Origin: an uncultured Actinomycetes bacterium
GTDB taxonomy: Bacteria; Actinomycetota; Acidimicrobiia; IMCC26256; DASPTH01
Reading direction: 5' to 3'
NCBI GenBank assembly: GCA_963809795.1
Contig: CAWELN010000009.1
Coordinates: 322,994 to 386,993, forward strand
DNA: 64,000 nucleotides
The position numbers and the translations under genes were made by a program. This document shows, in pieces, positions 1 through 8,829 of this stretch (positions are counted from its first letter, which is position 1; each line of letters starts with the position of its first letter). The notes beneath the pieces are model-generated. The model was not told where the DNA came from. It did no database searches and worked only from the letters and a program-made list of their open reading frames with translations.

Positions 1-1
1 G

Positions 2-1297
2 GTGCTCGTGGATCACGGCCTCGATCTCGGCGGGGTAGATGTTCACCCCGCCGGAGATGATCATGTCCTTCTTGCGGTCGCAGATGTAGAGGTAGCCCTC
101 GTCGTCGAGGTAGGCGACGTCGCCGACCGACTTCCAGTCGCCACCGTCGTGCTCCGAGAGCCGCTCGTCGGTGTGGTGGTAGCCGTCCATCTCCAGCGTG
201 GTGCGGATGAAGAGCTCGCCCGGCTCCCCCACCTCGGCCTCGGTGCCGTCGTCGCGGACGATGCGCACCTCGATGGGACCGTAGGTCCGGCCGCACGAGC
301 CGGGCTTGCGCAGCTGGTCCTCGGGGTGCAGGACCGTGACCACGCCGAGCTCGGTGGAGCCGTACACCTCGTACAGGAACCCGTCGCCGAGCTTCTCGAT
401 CACCTCCTGCTTGAGCGCGTACGGCACCGGCGCGGCGTTGGCGATGAGCGTGCGCATCGACGACAGGTCGGCACGCGCCAGCTCGCCCGGTGGCAGGGCG
501 ACGATGCGCTTCAGCTGGGTGGGTGCGGTGAACGTGTCGGTGACGCGGTGCTCCTTCACGAGGCGTAGCCACGACGTGGGGTCGAACTTGCGGAGCACCA
601 CGATGGTCCCGCCGACGGCATGCGCGAACAACGCGAACGACAGCGGACCCGAGTGGTAGAGGGGGCCCGTCGTCACGTGCACCGGGTCCGGCGCCAGGAG
701 GCCGAGCTCGGCGAGCAGCGCGCCCACCGCGCCGGCGTCGGTGCCGGTGCGCATCGCCCCCTTCGGCTTGCCGGTGGTGCCCGACGTGTAGATCATCGTC
801 GCTCCGGCCGCCCCGCCCGCGCCCTCGGCGTCGACCGGCGGCGAATCGGGTTGCGCGGCCACGAGCTCGTCCCACTGCGCGCAGCCGGGCGGCGCGTCGC
901 CGCCGAACACCAGCACGCCGCGGACCTTCGGGAGCTGATCGCGCACTGCTGCCACGAGCGATGCCTGCTCGGCGTCGACGAGCACGACGGTCGCGTCGGA
1001 GTTGTCGATCACGTATTGCATCTCGGCGGCGTTGAATCGGTACGAGACCGGGACCGACGTGAGCCCGACCTTGCGGCTGGCATGGAGGGTGGTGATGACC
1101 TCGAGCGAGTTCGCGCCGCACCAGGCGATGCGCTCGCCGCGGCGCGCCCCGAGCGCGAGGTACGCGTGGCCGAGGCGATTGGCGAGCACCTCGAGCTCGG
1201 CGTACGTGGTGGCCGACGGTCGCCCGCCCCCCGACTCGTCGACGATCACCGCGGCCTTGCCGCCGTTCGCGAGCGCGTGCTGCGTGAGGACGTCCAT
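2..1297 (-). CDS. AMP-dependent acyl-CoA synthetase/ligase (FadD-like); C-terminus cut by window edge
   Basis: Reverse translation from ATG at 1297 gives MDVLTQHALANGGKAAVIVDE. AMP-binding motifs IYTSGTTGKPKGAM and DMIISGGVNIYPAEIE lie in the same frame. Absent from the ORF track because it runs off the window. Confidence 0.85.
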   Translation of the reverse strand, partial: MDVLTQHALANGGKAAVIVDESGGGRPSATTYAELEVLANRLGHAYLALGARRGERIAWCGANSLEVITTLHASRKVGLTSVPVSYRFNAAEMQYVIDNSDATVVLVDAEQASLVAAVRDQLPKVRGVLVFGGDAPPGCAQWDELVAAQPDSPPVDAEGAGGAAGATMIYTSGTTGKPKGAMRTGTDAGAVGALLAELGLLAPDPVHVTTGPLYHSGPLSFALFAHAVGGTIVVLRKFDPTSWLRLVKEHRVTDTFTAPTQLKRIVALPPGELARADLSSMRTLIANAAPVPYALKQEVIEKLGDGFLYEVYGSTELGVVTVLHPEDQLRKPGSCGRTYGPIEVRIVRDDGTEAEVGEPGELFIRTTLEMDGYHHTDERLSEHDGGDWKSVGDVAYLDDEGYLYICDRKKDMIISGGVNIYPAEIEAVIHEH

Positions 1298-1308
1298 GGA
1301 AGGGTCGG

Positions 1309-1314
1309 TAGCCT
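1309..1314 (+). promoter_or_regulatory. -10-like hexamer TAGCCT, 6 nt upstream of ATG 1321 (leaderless-type start)
   Basis: TANNNT hexamer followed by 6-nt spacer accgtc and then ATG. It lies inside the palindrome GGTAGCCTACC, which also reads TAGGCT on the other strand. Confidence 0.4.
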
Positions 1315-1320
1315 ACCGTC

Positions 1321-2064
1321 ATGCCCCCGACAGTTCCGGCGCGCGACGCCGCGCCCGGTGTGTCGGTGGTGATGCCCGCCCACAACGAGGCGGGGCTCCT
1401 CGACCAGACGCTGAAAGAGCTGGTCGGTGAGCTGCGCGAACGCGACCTGACCTTCGAGGTGCTGGTGGTCGAGAACGGCTCCAGCGACACCACGCTCGCC
1501 GACGCCCGCGCCTTCGCGATCGCCGATCCGGTGGTCCGGGTGCTCACCCGGCCCCGGGCCGACTACGGCGAGGCGATGCGGGTCGGGATCCTCGCCGCCA
1601 GCCGCGACGTCGTGGTCGTCTTCGACGTCGACTACTACGACGCCGACTTCGTCGACCGGGTGCTCCCGGCCCTGACGACGGCGGACGGCCCGGCCATCGT
1701 GGTCGGGTCGAAGCGGGCCCCGGGCACGACCGACACCCGGCCCTGGCCCCGCCGCGCCATCACCGCGGGCTTCGCTTCGCTGCTGCGGTACGGCTTCGGG
1801 CTGCAGGTGTCGGACACCCACGGCATGAAGGCGATGCGGCGCGCGACGGTCGTCCCGATCGTGGAGCGCTGCTGGAGCGGCACCGACCTCTTCGACACCG
1901 AGCTCGTGCTGCGGGCCGACCGCGCCGGACTCGCGGTGGCGGAGGTGCCGGTGACCGTGGAGGAGCGTCGCCCGTCGCGCACGCCGATCCTGCGCCGCGT
2001 CCTGAGGACGATGGTCGGCCTGGTCCGGCTCCGCGTCCAGCTCTGGAAGGAGGATCGCCGATGA
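1321..2064 (+). CDS. family 2 glycosyltransferase
   Basis: 247-aa ORF. N-terminus VSVVMPAHNEAGLL and acidic FDVDYYDADF motif are typical of the GT2 fold. Its stop overlaps the next start (ATGA at 2061-2064). Confidence 0.85.
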   Translation: MPPTVPARDAAPGVSVVMPAHNEAGLLDQTLKELVGELRERDLTFEVLVVENGSSDTTLADARAFAIADPVVRVLTRPRADYGEAMRVGILAASRDVVVVFDVDYYDADFVDRVLPALTTADGPAIVVGSKRAPGTTDTRPWPRRAITAGFASLLRYGFGLQVSDTHGMKAMRRATVVPIVERCWSGTDLFDTELVLRADRAGLAVAEVPVTVEERRPSRTPILRRVLRTMVGLVRLRVQLWKEDRR

Positions 2065-3218
2065 CACCGACTCGCTTCGCCGCGGCCCTGTCCGAGCATC
2101 CGGTCGCGTCCCACGCGGTCGGCGAGGTCGCGGGCGAGATCATGGAACGCTTCGGCGGCGACGAGCCCGACCTGGTCGTGTGCTTCGCGTCGCCGCACTT
2201 CGTCGGGGCGATGGAGGATCTCGCGTTCGCGCTCGGCAACCTCCTCGAACCCCGGGTGATGCTGGGTGCCACCACGGTCGCGGTCGTGGGCGGACCGCGG
2301 GAGGTCGAGGACGGTCCTGCGCTCTCGGCCTTCGCCGCGTCGCTGCCGGACGCCCGGCTCACGCCGGCCGCGTTCGGCGTGGAGCAGACCCCCGACGGTG
2401 CTGCGATCACGGGTTGGCCCGATCTCGACCACCTCCCGTCGAACCTCTTCCTCCTCGCCGACCCGTTCAGCTTCCCGGTCGACGGCTTCCTCCGCCGGCT
2501 GAACGACGACGCGGTCGGCGATCGCATCGCTCCCGTCCAGGTGATCGGTGGCGCGGCCTCGGCGGCGCGCGGCCCCGGCGGCAACCGCCTCGTCCTCGAC
2601 TCCAGCGTGACCAGCGCGGGAGCGGTCGGGGTGTTCGTCGACGGGGTCGACGTGCGCACCGTCGTGTCCCAGGGCTGCCGTCCCGTGGGTCAGCCCTACG
2701 TCGTGACGCGCAGCGAGGGCAACCGGATCGAGGAGCTCGCCGGGCGCGCCGCGATCGAACGGGTGCAGGACACCGCGTCCGAGGTGAGTGAGGAGGACCG
2801 GTCGCTCATGCGTGCCGGCCTCCACCTCGGCGTGGTGGTCGACGAGCACCGGACCGACTTCCGCCGCGGCGACTTCCTGGTGCGCAACGTGCTCGGTGGC
2901 GACCAGGCCACCGGCGCGATCGTCGTCGGTGACGACGTCTCCGTCGGCCAGACCGTCCAGTTCCAGGTCCGCGACGCGGCGGCCGCCGACGAGGACCTGC
3001 GCGAGCTGCTCAGCGGAATCGAGGCCGAGGCCGCGCTGCTCTTCACGTGCAACGGCCGCGGCCGCCGGTTCTTCGGCGTGCCCGACCACGACGCCGGCGT
3101 GCTCGACCAGCTGCTCGGGCCCCTCCCGGTCGCGGGCGCGTTCTGCGCCGGCGAGGTGGGGCCGGTCGGGGGCGAGAACTTCCTGCACGGCTTCACCGCC
3201 AGCGTCGCGTTGTTCTGA
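2061..3218 (+). CDS. FIST N/C domain-containing sensory protein
   Basis: 385-aa ORF. C-terminus LLFTCNGRGRRFFGVPDHDAGVL...AGAFCAGEVGPVGGENFLHGFTASVALF matches the FIST_C pattern. Confidence 0.8.
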   Translation: MTPTRFAAALSEHPVASHAVGEVAGEIMERFGGDEPDLVVCFASPHFVGAMEDLAFALGNLLEPRVMLGATTVAVVGGPREVEDGPALSAFAASLPDARLTPAAFGVEQTPDGAAITGWPDLDHLPSNLFLLADPFSFPVDGFLRRLNDDAVGDRIAPVQVIGGAASAARGPGGNRLVLDSSVTSAGAVGVFVDGVDVRTVVSQGCRPVGQPYVVTRSEGNRIEELAGRAAIERVQDTASEVSEEDRSLMRAGLHLGVVVDEHRTDFRRGDFLVRNVLGGDQATGAIVVGDDVSVGQTVQFQVRDAAAADEDLRELLSGIEAEAALLFTCNGRGRRFFGVPDHDAGVLDQLLGPLPVAGAFCAGEVGPVGGENFLHGFTASVALF

Positions 3219-3334
3219 CCCGGTCACGACGATCGGCGCATTCCGCCGCCCCGGGCCGGTGACCGTCGAGGCCGCGCCACCGACCTCGTAGGCTGGCGCG
3301 AGCAGGCGGTGAGCTCGGCACGAGAAGGGGCGCA

Positions 3335-5336
3335 ATGACGACGACCGACATCGAACAGGGCCTCGAGCAGCGCGGGATCGACGTCATCCGCGGCCTCGCG
3401 ATGGACGCGGTGCAGAAGGCGAACTCCGGTCACCCGGGCACGCCGATGGCCCTGGCCCCCCTCGCCCATGTCCTCTGGACCCGGGTGATGAAGTACGACG
3501 CCGCCGACCCGACCTGGCCCGACCGCGACCGCTTCGTGCTCTCCAACGGGCACGCGTCGATGCTGCTCTACTCGCTCCTCTACCTCACCGGCTTCGGCCT
3601 GACCCTCGACGACCTGCGCGAGTTCCGGCAGTGGCAGTCGAAGACCGCCGGCCACCCTGAATACCGCCACGCGGCCGGCATCGAGGTCACGACCGGTCCG
3701 CTCGGCCAGGGCTTCGCCAACGGGGTCGGCATCGGACTGGCGGAGGCGAACCTGCGGGCGCGCTTCGGCGAGGAGGTCGTCGACCACCACACGTTCGTGT
3801 TCTGCGGTGACGGCGACCTCGAGGAGGGTGTCAGCCACGAGGCCGCGTCGCTCGCCGGCCACCTCGGGCTGGGCCGCCTCGTGTACGTGTACGACGACAA
3901 CCACATCACGATCGACGGTCCGACCGAGCTCTCCTACAGCGACGACGTGCGGAAGCGCTTCGAGGGCTACGGCTGGCACGTGCTGGAGCTGGGCGAGGTC
4001 GCCAACGACCTCGACGCGCTGGAGGCGGGCCTGCGGGCCGGCATGGCCGAGACCGGCCGGCCGAGCATGCTGGTGCTGCGCAGCCACATCGGGTACCCGT
4101 CGCCGAAGTACACCGACACCGCCAAGGCGCACGGCAGCCCGCTCGGCGCCGACGAGGTCGCCGCGGTCAAGGAGATCCTCGGCCTGCCGCCGGAGGACTT
4201 CTCGGTGCCCGACGACGTCCTCGAGCACTACCGCGCCGCCGGGGCGCGCGGACGCGCGGCGCGCGAGGCGTGGGAGCAGCGAAATGCCGCGTTCCACCAT
4301 TCGGAGCCGGAGCTCGCCGCGCAGCTCGACGCCTGCTACGAGCAGCGCGGGCTCGCCGGCTGGGAGTCGAAGCTCCCGGCGTGGAAGGCGGGCGAAGACG
4401 CGCTCGCCACCCGCCAGGCGTGCACCGCGATCGTCAACGCCGTGCTCGACGTCGTGCCCGGGCTGCTGTGCGGCGGCGCCGACCTCACCGAGAACACCGG
4501 CATGGAGCTCAAGGACGCGCCGGTGATCGACGTCCACCGCTTCGGCGGCCGGCAGCTCCACTACGGCATCCGCGAGCACGGCATGGGCTCGAGTCATGAA
4601 CGGCATGGCCGTGAGCTTCCTCATGCCCGCGGGCGGCACCTTCTTCGTGTTCAGCGACTACATGCGCGGCGGAGTGCGCCTGGCCGCGCTGTCGGGGTAC
4701 AAGACGTTGTTCGTCTGGACCCACGACTCCGTGGGGCTCGGCGAGGACGGCCCGACCCACCAGCCCATCGAACAGCTCGCGGCCATGCGGGCGATGCCGG
4801 GGCTGCGAGTCCTCCGTCCGGCCGACGCCAACGAGACCAGCCACGCGTTCCGGATCCACGTCGACAACGAGGGCCCGACCGCGCTCGTGCTCACCCGGCA
4901 GAAGCTCCCGGTGCTGGCGGGCACCGCCGAGCGCGCACCCGCCGGCGTTCCCCGCGGGGCCTACACCCTCGTCGACGAGACCGGCGACGGCCTCGACCTC
5001 GTGCTGCTGGCCACCGGCTCGGAGGTCTCGGTGTGCGTCGCGGCGCTCGAGCACCTCGCCGGCCTCTCGGTGCGGGTGGTCTCGATGCCGTCGTGGGACC
5101 TCTTCGCCGCGCAATCCGACGACTACCGGGAGCAGGTGCTCCCGGCCGACGTGCCGACACTCGCCGTCGAGGCCGCAGCCACCTTCGGGTGGGAGCGCTA
5201 CGCCGACGACGCCGTGGGTATCGACCACTTCGGCGCCTCGGCACCCGGCCCGTTGGTCTTGGAGAAGTTCGGGTTCACCGCCGAGAACGTCGCCGCGCGT
5301 GCCCGCGCGCTGCTCGAGAACGGAGAAAGAACATGA
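3335..5336 (+). pseudogene. tkt: transketolase, split by a +1 indel near 4585-4587 (probably an intact gene with an assembly error)
   Basis: The N-terminal part (frame of 3335) has GHPGTPMALAP and GDGDLEEGVSHEA. The C-terminal part is ORF 4596..5336 (MNGMAVS...[21 protein letters not shown]). Length is 2002 nt (3n+1). Removing one G from GGG at 4585-4587 gives [14 protein letters not shown]. Confidence 0.9.
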
Positions 5337-6433
5337 GCGAGAGCGCGATCGCCCGGCTCGACGACTTCGGGCAGAGCCCGTGGTACGACAACCTCGCCCG
5401 GCCGCTGCTCACCGGCGGGGGGCTGCAGCAGCTCGTCGACGACGACGGGATCCGCGGGGTCACGTCGAACCCGACGATCCTCGACAAGGCCATCGGTGCC
5501 GGTGACGGCTACGACGAGCAGCTCGCCGACTGCGCCCGGCGCGGTCTGTCGATCGAGGACACGTACTGGGAGGTGGTGCTCGCCGACATCGTCTCGGCCG
5601 CCGACCTCCTGCGCCCGGTGTACGACGCGCAGGGCGGAGGCGACGGGTTCGTGTCGGTCGAGGTGGCGCCCACGCTCGCCCACGACACCGATGGCACCAT
5701 CGCGGCGGCGCGTTCGCTCTTCGCGCGTGTCGACCGACCCAACGTGATGATCAAGATCCCCGGGACGCTCGAAGGCCTCCGTGCCATCGAGGAATCGATC
5801 GCCGCCGGCATCAACGTCAACGTCACGCTCATCTTCTCGCTCGACCGCCACGACAAGGTGATCGATGCGTACCTCGCCGGCCTCGAGCGCTTCGTGGCCG
5901 GCGGCGGCGACCCGTCGTCGGTGGCGTCGGTGGCGTCGTTCTTCGTGAGCCGGGTCGACACCGAGACCGACCGCCGCCTGCCCGAGGGCAGCCCACTGCG
6001 CGGCAAGGCGGCGGTGGCGAACGCCAAGCTGGCCAACGCGCTGTTCCGGGCGCGCTTCTCGGGCACTCGGTGGGAGGCGCTCGCGGCCAAGGGCGCCCGC
6101 CTGCAGCGCCCCTTGTGGGCGTCGACCTCGACCAAGAACCCGGCCTACCCGTCGACGCTCTACGTCGACGAGCTGATCGGGCGCGACACCGTGAACACCC
6201 TGGCGCCGGCTTCGATCGAGTCCCTGCACGACGGCGAGGGGAACCAGCGCCCCGACACCGTGAGCGCAGCGCTGCCCGCCGCGCTCGGGGCCATGAGCGA
6301 CCTCGCGGTCGCCGGCGTCGACTTCGACGACGTCACCGCGACGCTCGAACGCGAAGGCGTCGACTCCTTCTCGGCGTCGTTCACCGACGCGCTCGGCACC
6401 ATCGAGAAGCGACGGGCCGAGGTCTCGTCCTGA
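5333..6433 (+). CDS. tal: transaldolase (actinobacterial long type)
   Basis: The ATG at 5333 overlaps the tkt stop (ATGA). Sequence [21 protein letters not shown]...[11 protein letters not shown]...MIKIPGT. 366 aa. Confidence 0.9.
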   Translation: MSESAIARLDDFGQSPWYDNLARPLLTGGGLQQLVDDDGIRGVTSNPTILDKAIGAGDGYDEQLADCARRGLSIEDTYWEVVLADIVSAADLLRPVYDAQGGGDGFVSVEVAPTLAHDTDGTIAAARSLFARVDRPNVMIKIPGTLEGLRAIEESIAAGINVNVTLIFSLDRHDKVIDAYLAGLERFVAGGGDPSSVASVASFFVSRVDTETDRRLPEGSPLRGKAAVANAKLANALFRARFSGTRWEALAAKGARLQRPLWASTSTKNPAYPSTLYVDELIGRDTVNTLAPASIESLHDGEGNQRPDTVSAALPAALGAMSDLAVAGVDFDDVTATLEREGVDSFSASFTDALGTIEKRRAEVSS

Positions 6434-6470
6434 CCACGTCCTGAGCATGTCCTGACCACGTTCTGGTCGG
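6427..6470. repeat. 11-bp tandem repeat, about 4 units (gtcctgaccac / gtcctgagcat / gtcctgaccac / gttctggtcgg)
   Basis: Read directly. TGA occurs at 6431, 6442 and 6453, one in each of the three plus-strand frames. The GACCA-cgttc-TGGTC hairpin lies at the 3' end. Sits in the tal / MTase-Mug convergent spacer. Confidence 0.7.
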
Positions 6471-6485
6471 TCGTGGGCCGCGACG

Positions 6486-7562
6486 TCAGCGGCGCTCGTC
6501 GGCGAGGGCGGCGGCGGCGCGGAGGTGCTCGGCGAGCGCCGCCGGAGGGACGCGCGCATTGAGCCCGCTGGTGCTGGGCATCACGTAGACCGGTCGTCCG
6601 CCACACGTCGTGGCCTGCACACCGGCGACCGCGTTCCGGTCGACCGCGGCGCGCCAGCCGGCCAGACCGACGAAGCACACCGCGCCCGGCCGGAGCCAGC
6701 GCGCCAGGCGCTCGACACGCGCGAAGCCGTCGCGGTATTCGTCACGCGTCAGCTCGTCGGCGCGGGGTGTGGCGCGCTTCACGAGGTCGGTCATGCCGAC
6801 TCCGTGTCCGGTCAGCGCGGCCCACGGGTCGCGGTCGACGGTCACGATGCCGGCCGCGAGCGCCGCGGCCCAGAAGCGGTTGCCGGGCCGGGCGAACCCG
6901 ATGCCGGCGTCGGCGGCGTAGACCGACGGGTTCAGGCCGCACACGAGGAGCCGCATGCCGGAGCCGACGGTGTCCGGCAGCGTGCGGGCGCGCGTGACCC
7001 GGGCCTCGACCCAGAACGGGTTGTCGTCGTCGACCGCCAGCGAGTCGATGGCGAACCCCGCGCCCACCAGCACGTCGGCCAGCGCGTCCACGGCCCAGCC
7101 CGCGAAGTACCGGCCCGGGAAGTCGTCGTCGGCGAGCGGACCGCTGGTCTCGCCCGCGTGCAGCACGAGGTGCACCGGCGCCCCGACCCTCGATGCCCGG
7201 TGCAGGTCGGCGAGCGCGAACGGCAGCCGCTCGTTGGGCAGGTGGAGGTAGCTCGCGCGCGCCCAGCCGGCGCCGAGCGCGCCGCCGCGGAACGGGAGCG
7301 CCTCGAGGTCGGCCTGCACGGGCCAGGCGTCGGGGGCCTCGGCGCGGGCGAGGGCCACCATGGCGTGGGCGGCGTCGAGCGCCACGACCGGACGGGCGAG
7401 GTACGGGAGGTGCAGGCCGGCGCCGCAGCCGAGGTCGACGCTGACCGACCCCGGAGGCGTGGCCGCGGCGAGCGATCGCACCTGGTCGAGGAAGCGGGGA
7501 CGGCGCCGATCGCGCCACTCCTCGGCTCGTTCCTCGTACACCGCAACCGTGTCGCGCTCCAT
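6486..7562 (-). CDS. fusion protein: class I SAM-dependent methyltransferase (N-terminal) plus Mug/TDG-type mismatch uracil-DNA glycosylase (C-terminal)
   Basis: From MERDTVAVYEERAEEW. The SAM motif is VDLGCGAGL. The C-terminal half (LLVCGLNPSVYAADAGIGFARPGNRFW...DLVKRATPRADEL...VMPSTSGLNA) parallels E. coli Mug GINPG...NRFW...PNPSGLS. 358 aa. Confidence 0.75.
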   Translation of the reverse strand: MERDTVAVYEERAEEWRDRRRPRFLDQVRSLAAATPPGSVSVDLGCGAGLHLPYLARPVVALDAAHAMVALARAEAPDAWPVQADLEALPFRGGALGAGWARASYLHLPNERLPFALADLHRASRVGAPVHLVLHAGETSGPLADDDFPGRYFAGWAVDALADVLVGAGFAIDSLAVDDDNPFWVEARVTRARTLPDTVGSGMRLLVCGLNPSVYAADAGIGFARPGNRFWAAALAAGIVTVDRDPWAALTGHGVGMTDLVKRATPRADELTRDEYRDGFARVERLARWLRPGAVCFVGLAGWRAAVDRNAVAGVQATTCGGRPVYVMPSTSGLNARVPPAALAEHLRAAAALADERR

Positions 7563-7571
7563 GTCCGTATC

Positions 7572-8225
7572 ATGACCGCCGTGCACGGTGATCTCCGGGT
7601 GGTCGACGACGTTCCCGCCGCGTTCGCCGATCTGGTCGTCGCCGAGGCGCCGAGGTCGATCGCCTTCTCGGGTGGGTCGACCGCCCGCGAGAGCTACGAG
7701 CAGCTCGCGGCGCGGGGCGATGCAGTCGCGTGGCCCGACGTCGACGTGTGGTTCGGCGACGACCGCTGGGTGCCGGTCGACCACCCCGAGTCGAACGAGG
7801 GCATGACGCGCGCCGTGCTCCTCGACCACGTGCCGGTGCGTGCGGTGCACTCGATGCGCGGCGCGGGCGACACGGTCTACGACGCCGCCGCGGCGTACGA
7901 CGCCGAGGTCGCGGCCGCGCCGCCGATCGACCTCGTGCACCTCGGGCTGGGACCCGACGGCCACACCGCGTCGCTCTTCCCCGGCTCGGCGGCGCTGGCG
8001 GTCGACGATCGCTTCGTCGTGCCCAACGCGGACGATCTCCATCCGCACGCGCGCCTCACGTTCACGTTCCCCGCCCTCGCCCGCTCGCACCTCGTCGTGT
8101 TCACCGTGGCCGGTGGGGACAAGCGCGACGCCCTGGCGCGCGTCCGCGCGGGTGAGGACCTCCCCGCCGCTCACGTCGACGCCGAGCGCGTGGTGTGGTT
8201 GGTCGACCCCGCCGCGCTCGGCTGA
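7572..8225 (+). CDS. pgl: 6-phosphogluconolactonase
   Basis: MTAVHGDLRVVDD...FSGGSTA...WFGDDRWVP...DLVHLGLGPDGHTASLFPGS. 217 aa. Its ATG is only 9 nt from the divergent start at 7562. Confidence 0.85.
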   Translation: MTAVHGDLRVVDDVPAAFADLVVAEAPRSIAFSGGSTARESYEQLAARGDAVAWPDVDVWFGDDRWVPVDHPESNEGMTRAVLLDHVPVRAVHSMRGAGDTVYDAAAAYDAEVAAAPPIDLVHLGLGPDGHTASLFPGSAALAVDDRFVVPNADDLHPHARLTFTFPALARSHLVVFTVAGGDKRDALARVRAGEDLPAAHVDAERVVWLVDPAALG

Positions 8226-8239
8226 TTCGGAGGTAGCCC

Positions 8240-8776
8240 ATGGAAGTGTGGGAGCTCGTCGCGCGCGAGAGCATCCGCGACTGCATCGCCCGCTACAACG
8301 CCAACGGCGACAGCGGTCGCATCGACCAGATGGTCGAGGTGTTCGCTCCCGACGGCATCATGGAGACGGGCAGCGGCCGCTACGAGGGACGCGAGGCCAT
8401 CCATGCGTTCATGTCGTCGGTCGTGACGCGCGGTCGCCCGGGACCGCCCGCCAGCACGGGCGAGTCGATCGTCATGACGCCCACCGAGGAGTGGATCGCG
8501 CGCGGTGGTGTCCCGTTCATCCGGCACTTCACCGCCACCACGCAGATCGACGTGCTGAGCGAGACGTCGGCCCGGTCGCGCTCCTACTACCTGTTCCTCA
8601 CCGTGCACGGGCTCGACCACTGGGGCCGCTACCTCGACGAGTTCGCGCCGGTCGACGGCCGGTGGCTCATCACCCACCGGCGGGAGATCACCGACGCCGC
8701 GTTCGAGGGTGGATGGGGTGCGCGCGCGGGCGGCGACGGCGACATCGACCACATCACCCGACCCCTCCAGTTCTGA
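8240..8776 (+). CDS. SnoaL-like / NTF2-fold protein
   Basis: 178-aa ORF. N-terminus ELVARESIRDCIARYNANGDSGRIDQMVEVFAPDG is the usual SnoaL_4 pattern. Confidence 0.65.
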   Translation: MEVWELVARESIRDCIARYNANGDSGRIDQMVEVFAPDGIMETGSGRYEGREAIHAFMSSVVTRGRPGPPASTGESIVMTPTEEWIARGGVPFIRHFTATTQIDVLSETSARSRSYYLFLTVHGLDHWGRYLDEFAPVDGRWLITHRREITDAAFEGGWGARAGGDGDIDHITRPLQF

Positions 8777-8816
8777 ACCGGGTACGGAACCCGGCGGGGC
8801 GGTGGCGCGTGGCGGG

Positions 8817-8822
8817 TAGCCT
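8817..8822 (+). promoter_or_regulatory. -10-like TAGCCT, 7 nt upstream of the fbiC ATG (leaderless-type)
   Basis: TANNNT followed by cccgcac and then ATG 8830. Confidence 0.4.
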
Positions 8823-8829
8823 CCCGCAC

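Noticed and set aside
4585-4600. Programmed ribosomal frameshifting in tkt and the other split genes
   Set aside because: No slippery heptamer or downstream pseudoknot is evident. The same kind of break occurs in 11 unrelated genes, mostly at G/C runs, which points to sequence error.
3335-6433. 1032-aa ORF that looks like a transketolase-transaldolase fusion
   Set aside because: The middle ~250 residues are Arg/Pro/Gly-rich nonsense. The true tkt C-terminus is in the next frame (4596..5336) and ends in an ATGA overlap with the tal ATG at 5333. The long ORF is a wrong-frame read-through that stays open only because of high GC.
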